Shown in pieces: positions 58,069 through 64,000 of a stretch of DNA of 64,000 nt (position 1 is the stretch's first letter; the number at the start of each line of letters is the position of its first letter). Source of the stretch: TPA_inf: Saccharomyces (taxonomy: Eukaryota); NCBI GenBank assembly GCA_000146045.2, contig BK006941.2, positions 352,001 through 416,000 on the forward strand, read 5' to 3'. The position numbers were made by a program, and so were the translations under genes. The notes beneath the pieces were generated by a model. The model saw nothing but the letters and a program-made list of their open reading frames with translations. It was not told the origin of the DNA and did not search any database.

Positions 58069-59286
58069 TCACTTGAACAGCTTGGCGACAGAAATGGCCG
58101 TTTCTTGGTTCTTGTTCATAACCTTACCCACAGCGAGTTCGAAGTCTTCTTGAGTAACGTGTATTCTTCTTTCTCTTAAAGCATACATACCAGCTTCTGT
58201 ACAGACACCTTTGACATCGGCACCAGAACAACCGTTCATCTTTTCAGCAACCTTTCTCAAGTTGATACCACGAGTTAGATTCATTTTTCTGGAATGGATT
58301 CTTAAAATTTCAGCTCTAGCTGCGACACTTGGAGGTGGAAATTCAATCTTCCTATCTATTCTACCGGGTCTCAAAAGTGCTGGATCTAGAATATCTAGTC
58401 TATTCGTGGCCATTATGATCTTGATATTTTTAGAAGTTTCAAACCCGTCCAATTGGTTTAGTAGTTCTAACATTGTTCTTTGAACTTCTGAATCACCACC
58501 ACCAGAACCTTCTACACGAGTAGAGCCAATGGAATCGATTTCATCCATAAAGATAATTGAGGGAGCATGTTCTCTAGCCATCACAAACAGCTCACGGACC
58601 ATACGGGAACCTTCGCCGATATACTTTTGTACCAGTTCCGCACCACTGACCCTGATGAATTTACAATCAGTGTGATGTGCGACAGCTCTTGCCAATAAGG
58701 TTTTCCCTGTACCAGGGGGGCCATATAAGATGACACCCTTTGGTTGCGCAATACCCAAACTTTCAAAAAGTTCAGGATGTTTTACGGGCAATTCAATAAC
58801 TTCTTTAATCTCCTTTATTTGCTTTGTCAAACCACCAACCATATCGTATGTGGAATCAGGAACTTTTTCCACCATCATCAACGAAACTAGTGGGTCAGCC
58901 TTATTCTCAAGAACTTTATGCAACATATAAGAGTCACTCCTTAGACAAACTCTTTGAGATGCCTTTAAGTCCTTCACGTTTATATCTTTTGCAACATCCA
59001 CGATGTATTTTCCCTCAGGTTGCACTTTAACGAGAACTTTTTTGTCAGACACGATCTTTATAACTTCACCCACATAAGATCCAGGTTCCTGTAATAGACG
59101 CAGTTCGTCCTTGATAAAACGTACTTTGTCATTCAATGCATTCCTTTGAGCTTCCAGTCTGCGAACATTTTCTGTTTTGGAGCGGATCTTTAATTCTGTT
59201 TCTTGGATCTTCTGTTCAAAATATGGTTTGATACCACTTTCGTGGGTTTCTAATACTATATTGGAGGATGTTACAGCAGCTGTCAT
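58069..59286 (-). CDS. RPT6: 26S proteasome regulatory AAA-ATPase subunit, 405 aa.
   Basis: 405-aa ORF with Walker A (GPPGTGKT), Walker B (DEID) and an AAA second region of homology. This is an exact match to Rpt6 (Sug1) as I remember it. Confidence 0.97.
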
Positions 59287-59361
59287 TGTCGTGATAGTAT
59301 CCCACTATACTGTTGTTCCGTTTACATAAAACCTAACCTAACTGTTACTGATATTACAACT

Positions 59362-59370
59362 TTTGCCACC
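59362..59370 (-). promoter_or_regulatory. PACE (proteasome-associated control element, Rpn4 site). It reads GGTGGCAAA on the RPT6 strand and lies about 80 bp upstream of the RPT6 ATG, in the RPT6/ALG13 divergent promoter.
   Basis: An exact 9-mer is seen (plus strand tttgccacc). Confidence 0.65.
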
Positions 59371-59551
59371 TCGCTCGCATTTTGACAGTTTTAAAATACG
59401 AAAATTTCCGAACAAGAATAAGGGTAGAGAAGTATGCAAAATATGATTTCATATTAAAAAACCCAACCGAAGAAAAAGGGAAATAGAAAAACAAGTTTTC
59501 AGTCGCAAAAAGAGGTTAAACAAACGAGTCAGAAGCCAGCTCTTTCAAACA

Positions 59552-60160
59552 ATGGGTATTATTGAAGAAAAGGCTCTTTTTGTTACGTGTGGGGCAACGG
59601 TGCCATTTCCAAAGCTCGTCTCATGTGTGCTAAGCGACGAATTCTGCCAAGAATTGATTCAATATGGATTCGTACGTCTAATCATTCAGTTTGGGAGAAA
59701 CTACAGTTCTGAATTTGAGCATTTAGTGCAAGAACGCGGGGGCCAAAGAGAAAGCCAAAAAATTCCAATTGACCAGTTTGGCTGTGGCGACACCGCAAGA
59801 CAGTATGTCCTGATGAACGGGAAATTAAAGGTGATCGGGTTTGACTTTTCGACCAAGATGCAAAGTATTATACGTGATTATTCAGATTTGGTCATATCAC
59901 ACGCTGGAACGGGCTCTATACTAGATTCTCTACGGTTGAATAAACCGTTGATAGTTTGCGTAAACGATTCTTTGATGGATAACCACCAGCAGCAGATAGC
60001 AGACAAGTTTGTAGAGTTGGGCTACGTATGGTCTTGTGCACCCACTGAAACAGGTTTGATAGCTGGTTTACGTGCATCTCAAACAGAGAAACTCAAACCA
60101 TTCCCAGTTTCTCATAACCCGTCATTTGAGCGATTGCTAGTTGAAACTATATACAGCTAG
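59552..60160 (+). CDS. ALG13: UDP-GlcNAc transferase catalytic subunit (GT28 C-terminal half), 202 aa.
   Basis: 202-aa ORF MGIIEEKALFVTCGATVPFPKLVSCVLSDEF... with the motif SHAGTGSILD. Confidence 0.9.
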   Translation: MGIIEEKALFVTCGATVPFPKLVSCVLSDEFCQELIQYGFVRLIIQFGRNYSSEFEHLVQERGGQRESQKIPIDQFGCGDTARQYVLMNGKLKVIGFDFSTKMQSIIRDYSDLVISHAGTGSILDSLRLNKPLIVCVNDSLMDNHQQQIADKFVELGYVWSCAPTETGLIAGLRASQTEKLKPFPVSHNPSFERLLVETIYS

Positions 60161-60293
60161 TTAGTAAGATTTTAAAAGACGAAAAGAACGGAAAGTAGGA
60201 CAACTACCAAAAAAAAAGATGGAAGGTTTCTTTGGTTAGTTAGCAGTATCCGCGTAATGCCTTAGACGTTTTTGATCAGAAAAAAATAAAACT

Positions 60294-60367
60294 TGATTTC
60301 GCCCAGGATCGAACTGGGGACGTTCTGCGTGTTAAGCAGATGCCATAACCGACTAGACCACGAAACC
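60294..60367 (-). tRNA. tRNA-Val (anticodon AAC), 74 nt.
   Basis: The reverse complement reads GGTTTCGTGGTCTAGTCGGTTATGGCATCTGCTTAACACGCAGAACGTCCCCAGTTCGATCCTGGGCGAAATCA. A T-rich terminator follows on the minus strand. Confidence 0.95.
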
Positions 60368-60456
60368 AGTTTTTTGATGTTTCGTTTAGGGACAAGAGTC
60401 CTATGAGAGTCCACTAAAATTCTAAAAATAATTGTATCAACAACCGTCATGCAGCT

Positions 60457-60875
60457 GTTGTATCAAGAATCGACCACCATCTATAGACTATTGTTCATAG
60501 CTGTATTACAATATCATATAAGATGTAAGGATAGAACGTGAAGATCGAGAAACAGTCAGCAGATTTAATGGAAGCTGAAATGCACGGATTGATAATGTAA
60601 TAGAATAAGTGACAACATAAGAAATGAAAGAAAAAAAATAACATTAATATAATTTAGAAATGTTAGTTTCCTTCTATGAACTCTCGTATCCCTGGGGAGG
60701 ACTTTCAATATATTCAGTATACCTACCGTTCAAATGATACTCTAAAATATCATCTATTAAGTGGTATTCAGGTTTTTCCCACGCAAGATTGAGTGCGTCA
60801 GGCAAAGCCACGATCGCAGATTACTCTCCTAACAATATTAAGATCGTCAAGAACATCCGGTTTTACTCAAGCGCT
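60457..60875. mobile_element. Solo LTR (tau/Ty4-like or divergent copia-type LTR), about 419 bp, TGTTGTATC...AATACAACA. It lies 89 bp upstream of tRNA-Val.
   Basis: TG...CA terminal inverted repeats are present. Internal segments resemble delta (AATGGAAGCTGAAATGCACGGATTGATAATGTAATAG...). The family assignment is uncertain. Confidence 0.65.
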
Positions 60876-62101
60876 TAATACAACACGTCGGCTTTCGCTC
60901 AACTGCAGTATATTGTGTCTGTAACCTCTCCCGTCAAGTTTGCGCCACGGGCCCAATAACCAACTTCTGCGCCATTGTTACGGAAAAGTGGCCATCTTTG
61001 CTATGCTCGTAAGGCTAGCGCTCTCTAAGTACGCCAGCCCAAAAACTCCGTATCGCTCTTCATCGGAATTGCTATATCTACAGCCGACGGGCACTCTATG
61101 TATACTCATATCACAGCCACTGTTGCACTACATTATTCGCAGGGACTCCGAGATCGCTGAGCATGTTGCTAAGCAACTTACCAAGGTTGGAATGCATTAT
61201 ATAGTCCGATATAGACCCCGCTCGGACTATATTATATAAATTCAAATAGCACTTTCAACGAGTGTCTTAATCCGTCCTAGTTCCTGCTCTCGCTCCACGT
61301 TGTCATCCCACCCATTCGCACGGGTCTTCTGTGCGAATGAGCCACAACGGGGCCGAGTTCAGCGCGTGTCCGCCTACAACGTCCGCCAACTAGTGGCAAT
61401 TGCTAGGCTACGCCGACCACGCTGACACGCACCGTTCTACTCGCTCTATGCTGCGGTGTGACGTGTGAACGCGCGATCGTTCGCAATCGTATCGTTTGCC
61501 AAGAAAAAAAGCCAATCGGAGAATCTGAAAATCGCTATTCGGCTTGCAGGTCGCACGCACTCAGAGTACGAAATGCCAAGTACCGGAATTTCCTTGGCCT
61601 TTTTTAAGTTTCTTCTCTTCTATTCTTTTTCCCCTTTCTTTCTTCCTTTGCTATCTGTCTGGTTTAAATAAACATAGTATTTTTTTGTGTCTAAGCCTCT
61701 TCCTCTTCTCTCGTACTTGCTCTACTACCACTTTACTTAATCGCCTTTCTTTGTTTTCTTTCTTCGTTATTTGTTCTTGGACTTTTCCGCTCCAATCCCA
61801 ACGATTGGCTTCAAAACACGTTCTACTGTCTAGCAATTTCTGCAGGTGCCATTTTTCTTAGGCTTATACCCTTTCCTTTTCCCCTTACATTTGATTTCTT
61901 CTTCAAAGTTCCTTATAGTATTATTGTCTAAGCTCTATTGAGTCAAAAGTAACAATCTAGACGAAGAAAAAAAAAAAATAGAAAATAGACATCCCCGAAT
62001 ACGCATCATCTCACGCACGTACAAGATTTTAACGTTAAAGCCAAAGTACGCTAGTATAGTATCATCAGCATCACCCTCACTATCGGTAGCATTGACCAAA
62101 C

Positions 62102-63730
62102 ATGTCGTTACTGAGACTGTGGAACAAAGAATCAAGGGCACCATCAAAAATAAAGAGTCATGGTATTGTTGGCAGTTACGGCAACAGCATGCTGGCCCAT
62201 AACAACGTGAAGCAATTTCGTATAGACATAGACGAACCGCATAGAGTATGGAAACCGAATGAAAGCATAACCGGAGAAGCGGTCATTGACATAAAGAGAG
62301 ACATAACTAACGTAGCGATCAAATTATCGCTAGTATGTGAGGTTCGCGTGAAAACGGGGAACAGTCCAACCTCCAAGAATAAGAGAATTGAGAAAACCTT
62401 AGAGAAGTCGACGTTTCTTTATGGACAGGACTACGTAAAGACAGCTTTTTCGGCTAAGGAAAAGAAACCGCATGTTGACAAAACCACCATTCTCAATGGT
62501 TTAAGCAAGGGGGAACACAGGTTTCCCTTTAGGATACGAATACCACGAGGCAGAGGAATGTTGAGCTCTATAAAGTTCGAAAGGGGCTCGATAACATACT
62601 TCCTCTCTTGCACTTTAGAATCCCTCAACAACATCAACGGATTAAAAAAACCGGAAGCAAGATGCGAACGTGAGTTTGCAGTCATAGTTCCGCTGGACGT
62701 CTCGAGGCTGCCCAAGCCGAAAACTAAGACAGTGGTTTTACAATCAGCATCTATGGTCCAAAACAAAAAGAACAAATCTACAGAGGACGAATCCTCATCG
62801 TATACACAATTAACTCAAAAGTCTACTACTTCTAATTCTTCTAGCAGTTCAGTAAACTCCAAGACGTCCCCCTTACCAAATAAAACGGTGACTATATCCG
62901 TAGACATACCGCAGGCTGGATTCATGATTGGTGAAATTATCCCTATAGACGTTAAGATTGACCACTATAAGCCTTTCTATGCCCCTGCGGGTCTCACCAC
63001 CACTTTGGTGAGGATATGTAGGGTGGGCGGTGCAGGCAAAGATGATCCTATGGAGACTTTCAGAAAAGATATATGTCAGAGTATCTCTCCTATATATATT
63101 AACCCTGAAACGTTGCAGTTTCAATCTAGAGTTTATCTGAAAGTGCCCCTTGATGCATTTTCGACCCTTACTACTGTGGGAAAATTTTTCTCCTTCCAAT
63201 ACTATATCGAGGTTATGGTTAACTTATCAAAAAAAAACGTGGTTTACACAGAATCTAATAGAATAATAGGAACTCCTATTGGAGAACAAAATGGCTTGGG
63301 CGTAGAGAATAATATCAACCGTATCCAAAGGAAAATGCTACGTATGGTCAATCCAGAAACGTTGGAGAACGATTCTGAGGGTTATGAATCCAGTATATTT
63401 TTCAAAGATATGGTAAATGTGGAAAAGCTAAAGAGACTGAGGAATGTAACTGGTATGTCCATAGAAACCGTCATAGGAACGACGAGATCCGAACAGCAGC
63501 AATCTGATGCAAGCATCCCATCCCAATCCTCAATCACGGCTCCTCAAAATTCTCCATCGAATTTAAGAGATTGGTTGGCCCCATTAAATGCATATGATAG
63601 TGACGATGTTCCAGTTCCAAAGTATTCGCCAAATGATAAAGTCAGTGTACCGTCGGAAGACAAACAAGAACTTGAACAAAAAAGACTACAACAGTTAGAA
63701 AGCGATCCTCCCCCTTGTGATGACTATTAA
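62102..63730 (+). CDS. RIM8: Arrestin-like adaptor of the Rim101 pH pathway, 542 aa.
   Basis: 542-aa ORF with an arrestin-like fold and the C-terminal PPxY-like motif PPPCDDY. Size and position match YGL045W. Confidence 0.88.
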
Positions 63731-64000
63731 AAAGTGCAGGTAACAAGTCATATACTCGCAGCTTGCGCCGTGTTGGAACTAGGCGCCTTAATCATGTTTG
63801 CATATTTCCACTATCCCAGCCACGTAATGATCCATGACATTAACATAGAAAAAAAAAATCGAAGCATGCACAAACCTGAGATTTATATATGTTCATGTGT
63901 ACTTAATATACGTTTAATGATTAAAACTATAGCCGTCCTCAGGCAAACTGAGATAAGAAACGAAAAAATAGCAGTAACGTAAACGTTATTCTATATTTAT

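Noticed and set aside
60940-61239. 99-aa ORF inside the GC-rich island.
   Set aside because: The composition is atypical for yeast codons, there is no domain, and the peptide reads like random sequence. I keep the island itself as a finding but do not call a CDS.
61560-62101. Possible 5'-UTR intron for RIM8 (I had a vague memory of one).
   Set aside because: There is no GTATGT or near-consensus donor, and no TACTAAC branch point in the 540 bp upstream of the RIM8 ATG. This is more likely a memory of an old ORF merge (YGL046W) than an intron.
63734-63982. 82-aa ORF after RIM8.
   Set aside because: It is short and hydrophobic with no features. The region should be the 3' flank shared with the next minus-strand gene, whose stop lies at or beyond the window end.

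Overview
This window is a gene-dense stretch of Saccharomyces cerevisiae nuclear DNA. Gene order and protein sequences match chromosome VII left arm, YGL084C (GUP1, 5' end only) through YGL045W (RIM8). I read about 37 protein-coding genes directly from the translations. Gene names come from recognising the proteins by memory plus size and synteny agreement, not from a database search. RPL7A has three exons and two introns, with the box C/D snoRNA snR39 inside its second intron. A free-standing paralogue, snR39B, lies about 1.1 kb away. There are three tRNA genes (Glu-UUC, Arg-UCU, Val-AAC), each sitting in a Ty LTR insertion hotspot. Two inverted sigma elements and same-orientation delta repeats flank the DUP240 pair PRM8-MST27 and a decayed third DUP240 copy. 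A third solo LTR lies next to tRNA-Val. Several textbook promoter motifs are present where expected. These are PAC+RRPE at DBP3, PACE at the RPT6/ALG13 divergent promoter, LORE at OLE1, an ICRE-like site at HNM1 and a Rap1 site at RPL7A. I find no evidence of a novel multi-gene system such as a defence island, operon-like cluster or CRISPR array. This is ordinary, well-known yeast chromosome. The items most worth a second look are the inverted-repeat/tRNA architecture around the DUP240 array, an unannotated DUP240 pseudogene relic, two unusually GC-rich non-coding islands (60.9-61.6 kb and 32.77-33.06 kb), and a perfect 17-bp hairpin with twin CCAAT and CGG-N6-CCG half-sites starting 1 nt after the PUS2 stop, upstream of PYC1. 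The supplied ORF track translates some non-ATG starts (TTG) as M. I therefore re-anchored N-termini to the first ATG matching the known protein for YGL081W, HSF1, NPY1, DUO1, YBP2, SDS23, PRM8 and MST27.
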